A DNA stretch of 63,688 nt, the filler included, from Octopus bimaculoides (Eukaryota): the NCBI RefSeq assembly GCF_001194135.2. It is 11 parts of 9 records of this genome, joined end to end, with 100 filler letters (N's around TTAATTAATTAA, not from the genome) between each part and the next. Parts side by side here need not be neighbours in the genome. Positions count along the whole stretch, not along the records: positions 17,891 to 35,925 come from NC_068997.1; positions 36,026 to 42,567 come from NC_068994.1; 9 more parts are not named here. The stretch is one strand, 5' to 3'. Both the position numbers and the translations under genes were made by a program. Below the pieces are notes generated by a model. It was not told the DNA's origin and searched no databases. It was given only the letters and a program-made list of their open reading frames with translations. Of this stretch, positions 24,626 through 38,410 are shown piece after piece (positions within the stretch are counted from its first letter, which is position 1; each line of letters starts with the position of its first letter).

Positions 24626-24950
24626 GGCGCGTGGTTTAGTGACTATAGTACTCGATCACGATTGTAAGGTCTTGAGTTCGATTCCCGGCGGCGTGTTGTG
24701 TTTGATTTAGATTGTTGTTGTATTGTTCTAGCTGCGGCAATCGATGCCATTGTTGTTGTTCGAAACCCTCTTGCTTAGGTACTTACATTGACGTTAGAAT
24801 TGTTGCTGTTGTTTCATGTTGCTCCAGTCAACTCAGATGACAAAAATGGGTAGTACTTGTATTTCAAAGGGCCAGCCTTGTCACATTCTGTGTCACGCTG
24901 AATTTCCCTGGGAACTACGTTAAGGGGTATACTTGTTTGTAGAGTATCAC
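24626..24950 (+). mobile_element. tRNA-derived SINE family C, interrupted by a 116-bp insertion
   Basis: Head GGCGCGTGGTTTAGTG...GAGTTCGATTCCCGG; body collinear with 34673-34973. Confidence 0.85.
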
Positions 24951-25139
24951 TCATTTCCAATGTTTCTACATATACCAAACGCTTCTAAATCCAGACAACT
25001 GAACCTTAAAGATGAGGCTTAATAAGACAGGAAAATGACCATTATTTTTTTCATCAATGGATTTTAAAGATAAAACCCGCTCTTCACTGCTTAAATTTAC
25101 TTCAATAATTTCTATATATTAATATTACTGGCATTATTC

Positions 25140-25245
25140 AAGCGGAGAGATGGCAGAATGGTTAACACACTGGGCGAAGTTCTTGGCGATATGAGTTCAA
25201 ATTCCGGTGAGATCGACTTTGCCTTTTGTGCCAAAATTTGATAAT
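25140..25245 (+). mobile_element. SINE family B, 5' fragment
   Basis: GATGGCAGAATGGTTAAC...GAGTTCAAATTCCGGTGAGATCGACTTTGCC. Confidence 0.7.
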
Positions 25246-26119
25246 AATATTATTTTCCCGATTTGTAAGGAGTTACAGGGGGAATTCGTGTCTTTTAATT
25301 GCATGGATAATTTAAACTAATTAACGATTTTGATCTCACTCTAATACACATGCAAGAATATAAGGCATTACTTAATGTTTCTTAAAGAAATACCCGGTTT
25401 CAATATTCAAACGCAGTATTTCTCTCATGCTGAGCTATATAACGGCTTTCTAAGAGTAATAGTTTGCGGCAGTTACAGACATATATTAGCATATTAACCG
25501 ATCCCCAAATTCAGGATTAACTTGAAATATTCATTGAGAATCACTGTAATCTATGGTTTAGTGTTTTGTTTCATCAGAAGTTTATAATCAAAGTATTATG
25601 CACATCTTTCTGTAATCATCAAGAAAATATAATTCAAGGAAATGCGGAAGGAGATTAAAACATTGTATAATCGCTGCCGATGATTATAATTATGTATGTG
25701 ATTTATAAACATGAGCACCGCCGGAAACTCGTTTATATGGTTGAATACACAGATATGCACTCACTCACATACAAGCACACACGCACACATTCTCTATCTC
25801 TCTCTCGTTCTTCTCTCACTTCTCGCTCTCCCTCTTTCTCTCTCTCGCGTACACAAACTGACTGTATGCTTGTTTAATACTTGTGTGTGTGCGTGGTTGT
25901 GGTATGTGTGTGTGTGTGCGCGCGTGCGTGCGTATAGAAGCGTTTATCTGTGAATTCGAGTACTATATGTGTACATGTATATGTTAATGTCAGTTGGCAT
26001 ATATCAACGCCCTCACACAAACAGATGATATTATATAATACACACACACACGCACACATACACATATATATTCATGTACAAGTATATACGTACATATGCA
26101 CATGGATATATGCGCATAA

Positions 26120-26152
<33 letters not shown>

Positions 26153-27164
26153 TATATAAAACTGTGCGTGCGTGTGTGTGTGTGTTCTCAAACACATCCT
26201 CGTCCACATACATTCGTACTCACCAATATATCAGGTATTAGCGTATGAGAAACTAGTAGCGAGAGCGGGAAGAAAGAAGAAAAAGGAACTCACGTGACAA
26301 CGAGAAGGAGAGTTCGCGAGAAAGGAGATTAATATGGAACTATGTCAAAGCGTATGCGAGTACGACTAGCTGCTACAAACATACAAACATACATACATAC
26401 GTACTTATATCAGGAACAAAGATATATATATATATATATATAGATAGATAGATAGATAGATAGGTTGGTAGGTAGGCATACATAATGCAAAGGCATATTA
26501 CATATATGTATATATTTAAACACACACATACATACACACATACATACATACAAACATATGTATATGCATATATATATATATATATATATACATATATATA
26601 TAAACATAGACAGACACATATATATATACACATACCTATCTATATATATGTGTGTGTATATGTATATATTATACTCACATATTTTATAGATATGTGCACA
26701 TTATTTACTACACATGCGTATTTACTACCATTTAATATTATGTTTATATGTATATAATATGTGTGTGAGCGCGCGCGTGTGTAAGTATGTATGTGTGTAT
26801 GAATGTATAGGGAGAGACTGGATTAAGAGGAAAGGAACAAGGGAAATAAAGATGAAGATAGATAGGTAGACAGATAGATAGAGGGAGTCGTAGGAAGACA
26901 GAGAAAGAGAGAGAGGGGGACAGATAGTGAAGGAGATGGAAGGGATAAAGGAAGAAAAAACAGGAAAAATAACCAAAGAAGCAAATAAAAGTAGCTGGGT
27001 TGGGTTCGAACGTCGATGGGGGTTTGATAGATTGGAAGGCATGGAGTGCAGTTTTAATCCAATTTCTAGAAACTGGAGCATATTAAGTATGCTGGGAGAA
27101 TAATGCTAGGTTTAACATCTACGAGAGATACATCAACGTAAATTGGTACAAATTTAAATTGGCA

Positions 27165-27590
27165 GCAAACACAACAACAACAACAACAACAATAACAGTA
27201 CTCGTTGCAGTAACATCAACATGAACAGCAACAACAGCAATTACAAGAACGTCATGAAAACTACAAACAATAAGAAGAGGTAATTATCTGAGCAACACGA
27301 CCATTAACAAGAGCATTAATGACAATTGTGTTGCTGGCGATAAGAACAACCAGAGAGGCAACCAGTGTAATGTCATAAAAAATAAACAACAGCAACAATT
27401 CTAACGTCAATGTAAGTACTTAAGCAAGAGGGTTTCGAACAACAACAATGGCGTCGATTGCCGCAACTAGAACAATACAACAACAATTTAAATCAAACAA
27501 AAACAGCAAAAATAGAAACAAAGGCATTAGTTCCAGCAGCAAGACCGTCAACCAACGAAAAATGTTTAAATGATAATAAAAGATAAGAAT
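27165..27590. repeat. Degenerate (AAC)n low-complexity region
   Basis: Interrupted AAC/CAGCAA runs with no sustained ORF. Confidence 0.8.
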
Positions 27591-27875
27591 AGCAATGGAC
27601 GCTCAGTGAAATTTTACGTACATTAAAATATTTGTAGGTCTTTCATTTNNNNNNNNNNNNNNNNNNNNNNNNNNNNNNNNNNNNNNNNNNNNNNNNNNNN
27701 NNNNNNNNNNNNNNNNNNNNNNNNNNNNNNNNNNNNNNNNNNNNNNNNNNNNNNNNNNNNNNNNNNNNNNNNNNNNNNNNNNNNNNNNNNNNNNNNNNNN
27801 NNNNNNNNNNNNNNNNNNNNNNNNNNNNNNNNNNNNNNNNNNNNNNNNNNNNNNNNNNNNNNNNNNNNNNNNNNN

Positions 27876-28017
27876 CTTATGCCGAACTGTTTTCCAGCCA
27901 CGTGGTTCCAGTTTCAATCCCACTGTGTGGCATCGTAGGCGAATGTCTTCTTTTATAGACTCTGGTGAACGAAAGCCTTGTGAGTGAATTTGGGAAACGG
28001 AGGATGAAAGAAGCCCG

Positions 28018-28020
<3 letters not shown>
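27876..28020 (+). mobile_element. SINE family A head
   Basis: CACGTGGTTCCAGTTTCAATCCCACTGTGTGGCA...GCCTTGTGAGTGAATTTGG...AAAGAAGCCCGTC. Confidence 0.75.
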
Positions 28021-28054
<34 letters not shown>

Positions 28055-28060
28055 TATATA

Positions 28061-28705
28061 TAATATTAGGATAAATACTTTATAATAATTTATCAAGTAG
28101 TTAGCGTGAAAAAAACCTCATAAGGAAAAATAACCATCATTTTTTTCCATAAATATATTTAATTTATATAAGGGCATTACTATACAATAATGCCTCACGC
28201 TTACAGGGACTCCATAAGTCAAAACTACTGAAATAAGCACATTTTTACCGATCGCGAGGGAATGCAACTTTCAAAGCTAACCTCCTAAAAACTTTTAATT
28301 TAACGGTAAACCACTGATTTCATAATCAACGTAGCAAAACTATGCAGTAAATTACATCTTTTATTCATCAGTACACGTATGGTCAAGACACATAAAAATA
28401 AACAAAAATAAACATACCCTGTATTCAGCACAGTACATAGACGATTGTTCATCCCTATACATCCACGAAAAACGCGGGCTTTTCAAGTTACACTTCGGTA
28501 CATGTGCTTTTACAGAATAATGTTCAGCACTGAATATATTCTAATTATTCATAATATAATATTAGGATAAATACTTTATAAGAATTTATCAAGTAGTTAG
28601 TGTGAAAAAACCTCATAAGGAAAAAAACCACCATCTATTTATGGAAAAAAATTATGTTTTTTTTTTCCTTATGGGGTTTTTTTCACGCTAACTACTTGAT
28701 AAATT
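28061..28705. mobile_element. Unclassified non-autonomous element with direct and inverted terminal modules
   Basis: An ~80-bp block is repeated directly at 28061 and 28557. Its core AATTTATCAAGTAGTTAGCGTGAAAAAAACCTCATAAGGAAAAA recurs inverted at 28661-28705. Confidence 0.65.
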
Positions 28706-29737
28706 GGTGTTTGGGCGACGGATCTTGGTAGATAAAAAAGAATGTCATGGTGAGTTAGTAAGGAGAGCAAAGCAAGACTGGACTTACGTGGGCTGGCAGG
28801 ACGATGAAAAACTAGGGGAGTTGAAATTGGAGCAGTTGAAGTTGCCGTTGTTATCATTGGAGTGCCTCTTCGTAGACAACATTCTTCGTCCTTCCTTCGG
28901 GTGCACAAATAGAAAGACCATGGGGACAGCCAACGTACAGTTGTGCGTGTGAGAATACTTGCTCTGTCANNNNNNNNNNNNNNNNNNNNNNNNNNNNNNN
29001 NNNNNNNNNNNNNNNNNNNNNNNNNNNNNNNNNNNNNNNNNNNNNNNNNNNNNNNNNNNNNNNNNNNNNNNNNNNNNNNNNNNNNNNNNNNNNNNNNNNN
29101 NNNNNNNNNNNNNNNNNNNNNNNNNNNNNNNNNNNNNNNNNNNNNNNNNNNNNNNNNNNNNNNNNNNNNNNNNNNNNNNNNNNNNNNNNNNNNNNNNNNN
29201 NNNNNNNNNNNNNNNNNNNNNNNNNNNNNNNNNNNNNNNNNNNNNNNNNNNNNNNNNNNNNNNNNNNNNNNNNNNNNNNNNNNNNNNNNNNNNNNNNNNN
29301 NNNNNNNNNNNNNNNNNNNNNNNNNNNNNNNNNNNNNNNNNNNNNNNNNNNNNNNNNNNNNNNNNNNNNNNNNNNNNNNNNNNNNNNNNNNNNNNNNNNN
29401 NNNNNNNNNNNNNNNNNNNNNNNNNNNNNNNNNNNNNNNNNNNNNNNNNNNNNNNNNNNNNNNNNNNNNNNNNNNNNNNNNNNNNNNNNNNNNNNNNNNN
29501 NNNNNNNNNNNNNNNNNNNNNNNNNNNNNNNNNNNNNNNNNNNNNNNNNNNNNNNNNNNNNNNNNNNNNNNNNNNNNNNNNNNNNNNNNNNNNNNNNNNN
29601 NNNNNNNNNNNNNNNNNNNNNNNNNNNNNNNNNNNNNNNNNNNNNNNNNNNNNNNNNNNNNNNNNNNNNNNNNNNNNNNNNNNNNNNNNNNNNNNNNNNN
29701 NNNNNNNNNNNNNNNNNNNNNNNNNNNNNNNNNNNNN

Positions 29738-29928
29738 CGTTGCCATCGGGTGTTGATGTATTTACGCCCCCGTAACGTAGCGTTTCGAAAAAAGTAACCG
29801 ATTGAATAAGTATCAAGATTTTTAAAAAAATTAAAACTGGTGTCGATTCGTACGACTAAAAATTCTCCCACACAGAGCCCCAGCATGGCCGCAGTGTATG
29901 AGTGAAGCAAGTAAAAGATAAAGAATAA
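29738..29928 (+). mobile_element. SINE family A, 3' half
   Basis: TTTACGCCCCCGTAACGTAGCG...CCCCAGCATGGCCGCAG...AAGTAAAAGATAAAG. Confidence 0.75.
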
Positions 29929-30730
29929 AGGATACGATGTTGTTACAAACACTGAAGTGTAAGGGTTTTCATAGAAGGAAAAGAAGGGGCCAACAAATTC
30001 AAAACATGTCGACTGACACAAAGTCCAGGGGAGAACAAGACAATGGTTATGTTCCAATGAGGAAGCAGTTCGAGGAAAAAAGCTATTAAAGGAAAATAAC
30101 TTATGACTAACAAGAATCTCAACCGAGAAACGATGCGTATTCGGGACTTGTATAAACAGGTTAATAAACGAAATGTTTTATGCAGCAGTCGGTGTAGCTA
30201 CGATGGAAAGTGTGATCTACTCTTTCTGAGATCTACTTGTATAGGAATGTTGGAAGCGAAGCAAGGAAGTCTGTAAACAAATATACAGAAAAAAAAATAA
30301 TATTAGGAGATATAAGAAACTATCTATCGATCTGTACTGAACCCAGGAGCAACAAGACACAAGTGGAATAAAATAAGAGAGATAAATACTCAAGAAATAT
30401 AACACACACACACACACACACACAGGGTGTTTCAAAGTAAGGAATGCCTGTAACACTCTCTTTCCCTTTCTCACCATCACTGACAAACATATAAACTAAC
30501 ACAACTAGAAAATATTGGCAAAAATCCTTGATACACAAAACAACAATAACAACAACAAAAAAAACACAGTATTTACAGAAACAAACAAATATAAACCGGA
30601 AACAATATTTGACTGGTTCGCAGTAAATAGATTGTTTAGGGGATTCTTCTAACATAAGATGCTACGTTTCCGGTGAATATTTTTTGCTGCATGTTTTCTA
30701 AGACGTATCTAATTCGTTTCGAAGAGAGAA

Positions 30731-30761
<31 letters not shown>

Positions 30762-30880
30762 AAAAAAAAAGGAAAAACAAACAAATCGACGTATTCATCA
30801 AGCTCCGACTGATGATGATGATTATGGTCATGATGATAACAAGAACAACAACAACAACAATAATGATAATGATAATAATA

Positions 30881-30955
<75 letters not shown>

Positions 30956-31249
30956 GTAGAAACTGACAAAATTGTGAAGATTTAGAAGAGAAGGTATCCC
31001 TATAATAAAAGTTGCATTGGTGGAAAAAAAGCAGTAAAAACAAAAATACTACAAAAATGCCCAAGAGTTGTACATATGTTAAAGTATTTTTTTACTTTCA
31101 TTTTAATTTCTTTTGCTATTTTCTTTTCGTTTTTCTATCTTCACAAAATAGAAGTGCGAGGAACCGACACTTCCACATAGCTTTTTCTGAACATGTCTGC
31201 TCTACTCGAAACTCGACAACAACAATAGCAACAACAATAATGTTGGTAC

Positions 31250-32110
31250 TTTATTTTATTGGCCACAAGGGCAGAAAACAAAACAAATAGGGACGATACA
31301 ATATAATACAAGGGACAAGTGGGGTGAACAATGCCGTGTATACAATAAGTAACAAAAACAATCAAGAAAACAATTCAAGAATAAAAATTCCCCAAGAGTG
31401 GGGAGTTCCTCACGGGGGCAACCGAGGAACCCCACACATTCTGGTTATCCCGACCGCCAGATGCACTTCAGCAGGCACCTCTCTCCTTCTCAACTCCTCT
31501 AATTTACAAACGAAAGTTCAGAGTAGGCTCATTCACACGGCCCATCCTCGCCACATTCACCCACTTCGCCACATTCACCCACCTTGCAACAAATTTACTT
31601 TACTTCTTTACTTTCACTTTCACTTTCCTTTTCAAGTGGAACTCGAAAAAGTCGATGAGGGTTTGAGCGAAGAGGAAAATATCTGTCCTCAGTCCTTTCA
31701 ATCTCGTCCACCTCACCACCTCCTTCGCTATAGCCACCAGACAGGAAAGCTGCCTTTCCTTCCCGGCCAAAGGAAAGCAACGAGGTATCTTCACGATAGA
31801 CTCGGCTGATTACAAGATCCGTCTTACGCGCGGAGACAGTTGTTTGACAAAGCTCCACAAGTCAGTAATGCACGGACATTGGACGAATGCATGTAAGAGG
31901 GTTTAGTCGCCCTGCGCACATCTTGGACAAGTCCGTCTGACAGTAATTCCGTGTCTATAGAGCTTGTTTCAAACCGACAGAGCTTCCTAGTAGCTCTGCC
32001 AGGCTAGGGATTTCTGGAAGTAATCCACAGGTACCGCCTCAAAATTACTCCGGAAAAAGACCAGTGAATTGGTCCCTTCCGATGCCCAAAGTTTCTCCGA
32101 GGACGTATTT
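31250..32110 (-). pseudogene. L1/Tx1-clade LINE 3' end (zf-RVT region plus 3' UTR)
   Basis: Minus strand: DYFQKSLAWQSY*EALSV*NKLYRHGITVRRTCPRCAQGD*TLLHAFVQCP (CxxC..H..C zinc domain), then AKEVVRWTRLKG...FEFHLKRKV. Ends with AATAAAATAAAA near 31250. Confidence 0.8.
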
Positions 32111-34077
32111 CTATATCGTTGTGTACATGTATGTACGTATGTATATGTAAATCTATGTACGTCTGTGTAAGCATAATTATATTATTTGAAAATACCCAGG
32201 TATATCAATTATTGTCCCTACTTACATTACTCAAAATTTCACACCATCTTTTATTTTGATTTCTTCTCTATGAAAATATGAACGACTATAAAAATTAAAA
32301 CAATTATTTTCGACATACATCAACACACACACACAAAGAAATTTCTTATATACTAAAATAGCTCAATATCTGATTATACATTATTATTATTTAGTATATA
32401 TAAGAATATCACGTAAGTAGTTCCCTTTTTATACATCTTTACTCATATTGTATATATTTCGTAAGTTGTGGTTAGATAATTAATTACGACATATAATACC
32501 TATTTTTGGCTATGAATTATTGACCTATTATTTATAAAAAAATACAAAAATAAAAATACTTTATAAACCATCAATTATTCTCATAGCCTCGTATCAACGA
32601 CCTATTTACTAAAAATCTTAAATTGAAAGGAGAGATGACGGTTAAGAAATATTGATATGAATTTGAAATAACATATAGCTCCGTATTTGTTAATTCCGGA
32701 CGTACATATAAATACAGCTTGACCAGTGAAAATTTTTTAAGGAGGTTTAGATAGAGAGATATATTGGATTTCATAAAGAAGAACTCAAATTAAATATTAG
32801 ATATATTAGCACCCGCGTCCTATTATGTTTTTAGTCTAGATTCAAATAAGCGTGACTCGAAGAACGAATTTATAAAACACCTAAAATAATAACTAAGAGA
32901 AAAACCTACGTATTTTAAACGTCTTTTATTTTTGTTGTATATATGCATGTATGTGTGTGTGTGCGCGCGCGCGCATGTGCCGTTGTGTATGTGTTTGCCG
33001 ACCCTGCAGACTGACAAACGTTGCAGGTATATTTGCGTTGACGTAACATACTGATTCGGCAAAAGATACCGATAGAAAACGTACTAGACGTTAAAAAATA
33101 TAAACTCCGATGACTGCAACAGGTAACAGATACACAATAAAAACATCTCACTTCTCGTGTGGACTTTATTCCATTATCCTACCTCTGCTGTTGTTTCTTC
33201 TTTTTTTTTTCTTAGCCTAATTCATGTTGCTTTATTAAACCAACCAGTTAACCTTTGCTTGGTTTTAATTATTTTTCGAGAACAATTGTTGTTATATTGT
33301 ATTACTATTCTAGGTGCTGCACGCATCTTCTCTATTTGTACGTCGCAGGTATAATCAGTCTCTATCAACTTGAAGATAATGAGTGCTTTCATTTCTGTTT
33401 CTTTTATATGTCTAATCTCTTCAATTTGCTTCCAATTTGCTATATCGAACCTGCACTTTATGTCTATAATGACAAGCGCACTTCAATGTAGAACACACAG
33501 ACACAGACATACAGACACACACACACATGCATACATATACATACTTATATATATTTTTATCTATACACACATACATATATACATATATATAAACACACAC
33601 ACACTTTTATATATATAAATATATATATACATATATATATATGTATATACACCCCCACCCCCACCACACACACACACACACACACACNNNNNNNNNNNNN
33701 NNNNNNNNNNNNNNNNNNNNNNNNNNNNNNNNNNNNNNNNNNNNNNNNNNNNNNNNNNNNNNNNNNNNNNNNNNNNNNNNNNNNNNNNNNNNNNNNNNNN
33801 NNNNNNNNNNNNNNNNNNNNNNNNNNNNNNNNNNNNNNNNNNNNNNNNNNNNNNNNNNNNNNNNNNNNNNNNNNNNNNNNNNNNNNNNNNNNNNNNNNNN
33901 NNNNNNNNNNNNNNNNNNNNNNNNNNNNNNNNNNNNNNNNNNNNNNNNNNNNNNNNNNNNNNNNNNNNNNNNNNNNNNNNNNNNNNNNNNNNNNNNNNNN
34001 NNNNNNNNNNNNNNNNNNNNNNNNNNNNNNNNNNNNNNNNNNNNNNNNNNNNNNNNNNNNNNNNNNNNNNNNNNNNN

Positions 34078-34149
<72 letters not shown>

Positions 34150-34608
34150 AAATCTTATTTCTGACTTTGATATGTGTCTGAGTTTTCTACAGGAAACTTT
34201 TGTAACGTTCTCTCCATAATTTCTCTGTATGTTATCTTATCAATTCCATCTACTCTTAAATACTTACCTTGGTGCTTCTTTCCGAATTCGCTGATTTTAG
34301 TATCAATATCTAATTATTTTCAGTTTAATTGCTTCCGCACTAATTATACTAGATTTTACACATTGACAAATCGCATATTGGTTTTGATATCACTGCTGGG
34401 TTCGCTTGAGTATTTAATAGACTCTCCAGCTGTGTTGCGTCTTGTAGACATCGTAAAATTATTCTTCTAGAAGAATTAAAGAGATGCGTTTCTTAATTCT
34501 TTGCCAGTCCACTGCCTTTCCTCCCAAGAACATGGTTCCTAGTTCAGTCCAACTGTGTAGCAATTTGGCCAAGGGGCTTCTGTGCGGAAACACGAAGAAG
34601 CCATGTTT

Positions 34609-34667
<59 letters not shown>

Positions 34668-34672
34668 GTGAA

Positions 34673-34973
34673 GGCGCATGGCTTAGTGGTTAGGATATTT
34701 GCCTCACAATCATAAGGTCGTGAGTTCAATTCCCGGTACACACGTTGTGCTCCTGACCAAGACACTTTGTTTCATGTCATTCCAGTCCATTCAACTGGCA
34801 AGAATGAATTGTATTTATGTTTCACTTTGTATCACGCTGAATATCCCTGAGAACTACGTTGAGGGTAAGCGTGTCTGTGGAGTGCTCAGCCACATGCATG
34901 TTAATTTCACGAACAGGCTCTCCCGTTCATCGGATCAACTGGAGCACTCGTCGTCGTAACCGACGGAGTGCCA
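34673..34973 (+). mobile_element. tRNA-derived SINE family C, full length
   Basis: GGCGCATGGCTTAGTGGTTAGG (A box), GAGTTCAATTCCCGG (B box), ending GTAACCGACGGAGTGCCA. Confidence 0.88.
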
Positions 34974-36025
34974 GCATGTACACATACATATAAATATTTA
35001 TACGTATCTATATATATGTGTGNNNNNNNNNNNNNNNNNNNNNNNNNNNNNNNNNNNNNNNNNNNNNNNNNNNNNNNNNNNNNNNNNNNNNNNNNNNNNN
35101 NNNNNNNNNNNNNNNNNNNNNNNNNNNNNNNNNNNNNNNNNNNNNNNNNNNNNNNNNNNNNNNNNNNNNNNNNNNNNNNNNNNNNNNNNNNNNNNNNNNN
35201 NNNNNNNNNNNNNNNNNNNNNNNNNNNNNNNNNNNNNNNNNNNNNNNNNNNNNNNNNNNNNNNNNNNNNNNNNNNNNNNNNNNNNNNNNNNNNNNNNNNN
35301 NNNNNNNNNNNNNNNNNNNNNNNNNNNNNNNNNNNNNNNNNNNNNNNNNNNNNNNNNNNNNNNNNNNNNNNNNNNNTATATATATATATATTTCGAGCCT
35401 TGTGCCTAGAGTAGAAAACATTATACGTACATTCAAAGCTGACGCAAGACATAAATTAGTACTATATATATATACCTAAAATAAATACATGCACAATCAT
35501 ATACATGCACGCAAGTACACACTCATACATATATACATTTAACTGCGCTAAATGTTTCTCAAACGAGAGCCTGCCTATGGCTATAGACTTAAGATAATGG
35601 ATTGTTAAACAGACATATGTTTGCATGTATGAATATACAAGCGCATTAATTTACACATCAGTAGGCATTTATATGTGAATATATGTGTGTGTGTGAGTAT
35701 ATATGTGTGTGTATATGTGTGTGTGTGTGTATAATATATATATAAAGATATATTCATAGACACGCACACAAACATATGTAGAGGGGATATGCAAATCTAT
35801 GCGCAATTGTATACGAACCCGCCCATGCGTACACGTATATTCATAGATATGCCTATATACACATACATATATATACATATGTGTGTATACATATTACATA
35901 TATATGTATATATATATATATATATNNNNNNNNNNNNNNNNNNNNNNNNNNNNNNNNNNNNNNNNNNNNTTAATTAATTAANNNNNNNNNNNNNNNNNNN
36001 NNNNNNNNNNNNNNNNNNNNNNNNN

Positions 36026-38046
36026 TCCATGAATAACAAGTGGTTGACTTTTTGTTGGCGGCTTTTGAATACATACCCAGCTTTTGCTTTCCTCAGAATC
36101 AGTGTCAGTGGTATCAAGCACAGTACAAAGATCAGTGAGGACAGGCAGTCCCCTTGGAAGATGCCCCTCCTAATTTCTACTGTTCCTAAACCTATTCCGT
36201 ATGCTGTCAGATCTGTCCTCCAATTCGCCATACTTTTTCCAAGCAATCGCTCAACATTCAATGCAATCTCAAATAGGTTCATACACTCCATAATCCAAGA
36301 ATGTGGGATCATATCGTACGCCTTACGATAGTCGATCCATGACATGGCTAAGTTACTTTTCCTCCTCTTGCAGTCTCTAAGTACAGTTTTATCTATCAGG
36401 AGTTGACTCTTGGTACCTCTGCACGTACGGTTGTAACCCTTCTGTTCATGTAGCAGGACTTCATTTTTTTTTCTAGATGTTCGTACATTGACTCTGCGAG
36501 TATTCCAGTCAATAACTTCCACATATCGGCGTGTAATTGTCTACCGTATTGCCTTTTTCGGTGTTTTTGAGGCTCAGAATTGTCCTACCCAATGTCAACC
36601 ACTCTGGTGTTACTTGGTCGGCATTTAATAAGGTGTTGAGTTGCGCACCATGACATTCACCAAATCTTTTGATCCAGTAGCCTTGAACTCCATCTGGTCC
36701 CGGGACCTTCCAGTTGCTCATTTTTTTGCTGATTTCCATCACCTCCCTAACTGAAATGACTAGTTCTGCCTGTTTTGGACAGACTACTGATTGTTTCNNN
36801 NNNNNNNNNNNNNNNNNNNNNNNNNNNNNNNNNNNNNNNNNNNNNNNNNNNNNNNNNNNNNNNNNNNNNNNNNNNNNNNNNNNNNNNNNNNNNNNNNNNN
36901 NNNNNNNNNNNNNNNNNNNNNNNNNNNNNNNNNNNNNNNNNNNNNNNNNNNNNNNNNNNNNNNNNNNNNNNNNNNNNNNNNNNNNNNNNNNNNNNNNNNN
37001 NNNNNNNNNNNNNNNNNNNNNNNNNNNNNNNNNNNNNNNNNNNNNNNNNNNNNNNNNNNNNNNNNNNNNNNNNNNNNNNNNNNNNNNNNNNNNNNNNNNN
37101 NNNNNNNNNNNNNNNNNNNNNNNNNNNNNNNNNNNNNNNNNNNNNNNNNNNNNNNNNNNNNNNNNNNNNNNNNNNNNNNNNNNNNNNNNNNNNNNNNNNN
37201 NNNNNNNNNNNNNNNNNNNNNNNNNNNNNNNNNNNNNNNNNNNNNNNNNNNNNNNNNNNNNNNNNNNNNNNNNNNNNNNNNNNNNNNNNNNNNNNNNNNN
37301 NNNNNNNNNNNNNNNNNNNNNNNNNNNNNNNNNNNNNNNNNNNNNNNNNNNNNNNNNNNNNNNNNNNNNNNNNNNNNNNNNNNNNNNNNNNNNNNNNNNN
37401 NNNNNNNNNNNNNNNNNNNNNNNNNNNNNNNNNNNNNNNNNNNNNNNNNNNNNNNNNNNNNNNNNNNNNNNNNNNNNNNNNNNNNNNNNNNNNNNNNNNN
37501 NNNNNNNNNNNNNNNNNNNNNNNNNNNNNNNNNNNNNNNNNNNNNNNNNNNNNNNNNNNNNNNNNNNNNNNNNNNNNNNNNNNNNNNNNNNNNNNNNNNN
37601 NNNTGTGCTATGAGATTACTCATATTAGTAAGAACTGTATTTTCATTGTTATCTCTGCTGCTATTGTCCATGACCCGTCTTTTGATAGCTTCGTGCTCTA
37701 CTTCTGTGAAACAACAATTTTTTCTTATTGCTCTAGCTTGATCACATAGTCTCTGTTCCGTGAGGTGAAACAATCCCATTTCTCTCCAATGATCATACAT
37801 ACATTGTCGGTAACCCCTAATTTGAGCACCATTTTCATCTACCAGGTTGCTCAGGTAATAACACTCCATGACCACAACATTAATTTGCTTGGTCCATCTA
37901 CGCTGTGTGTGGTGGTCCCTTTGTGGATATCGACAGGCTGGAGCCGGACCAGAATCTCTGAGCCTACCGGGTGTAACACTGTCACCATCATTGGCTTCAA
38001 TTTTTTTACCACGGTTATTCATAATATTTTGTTTTTTCATTGTCAC
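36026..38046 (-). pseudogene. R4/Dong-like non-LTR retrotransposon: N-terminus and reverse transcriptase (gapped, frameshifted)
   Basis: N-terminal RWTKQINVVVMECYY...RGYRQ...TEQRLCDQARAIRKN (Myb-like R4/Dong N-terminus). RT motifs [37 protein letters not shown] and NHLLFM (just before DD, which falls in the gap). Confidence 0.92.
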
Positions 38047-38149
38047 TCATATGAGGTAGTGATTATCAGGTTGCGCAATTACCAGTGTTTTTATTGTGAC
38101 ACAATCACTAGATGTATCATTAATCAGGACATGGAGGCTCCACCCGTTT

Positions 38150-38410
38150 CCTTTCATCATTATTATTATTATCATTACTGATATCACTGATATTATTGTT
38201 TTTATTTGTAGTAGCAGCAGTGGTTGCAGCAACAGCAACAGTAGTAGTGGTGGAGGTAGTAGTAAGGGTGGTAGTTGGGCCTGAGATTCCTGTGCTATCA
38301 TAATAGTAGTAGTTGTAGTATTATTGTAGTATTAGTAGTATTTAGTATCAGCAGTTGCAGCATTTTATTATTATTTTTTTTCATTATCACCATCACCACC
38401 ACTACCATTG
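38150..38410. repeat. Degenerate trinucleotide low-complexity region (ATT/AGT/GGT/CAC)
   Basis: Visible. Confidence 0.8.
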
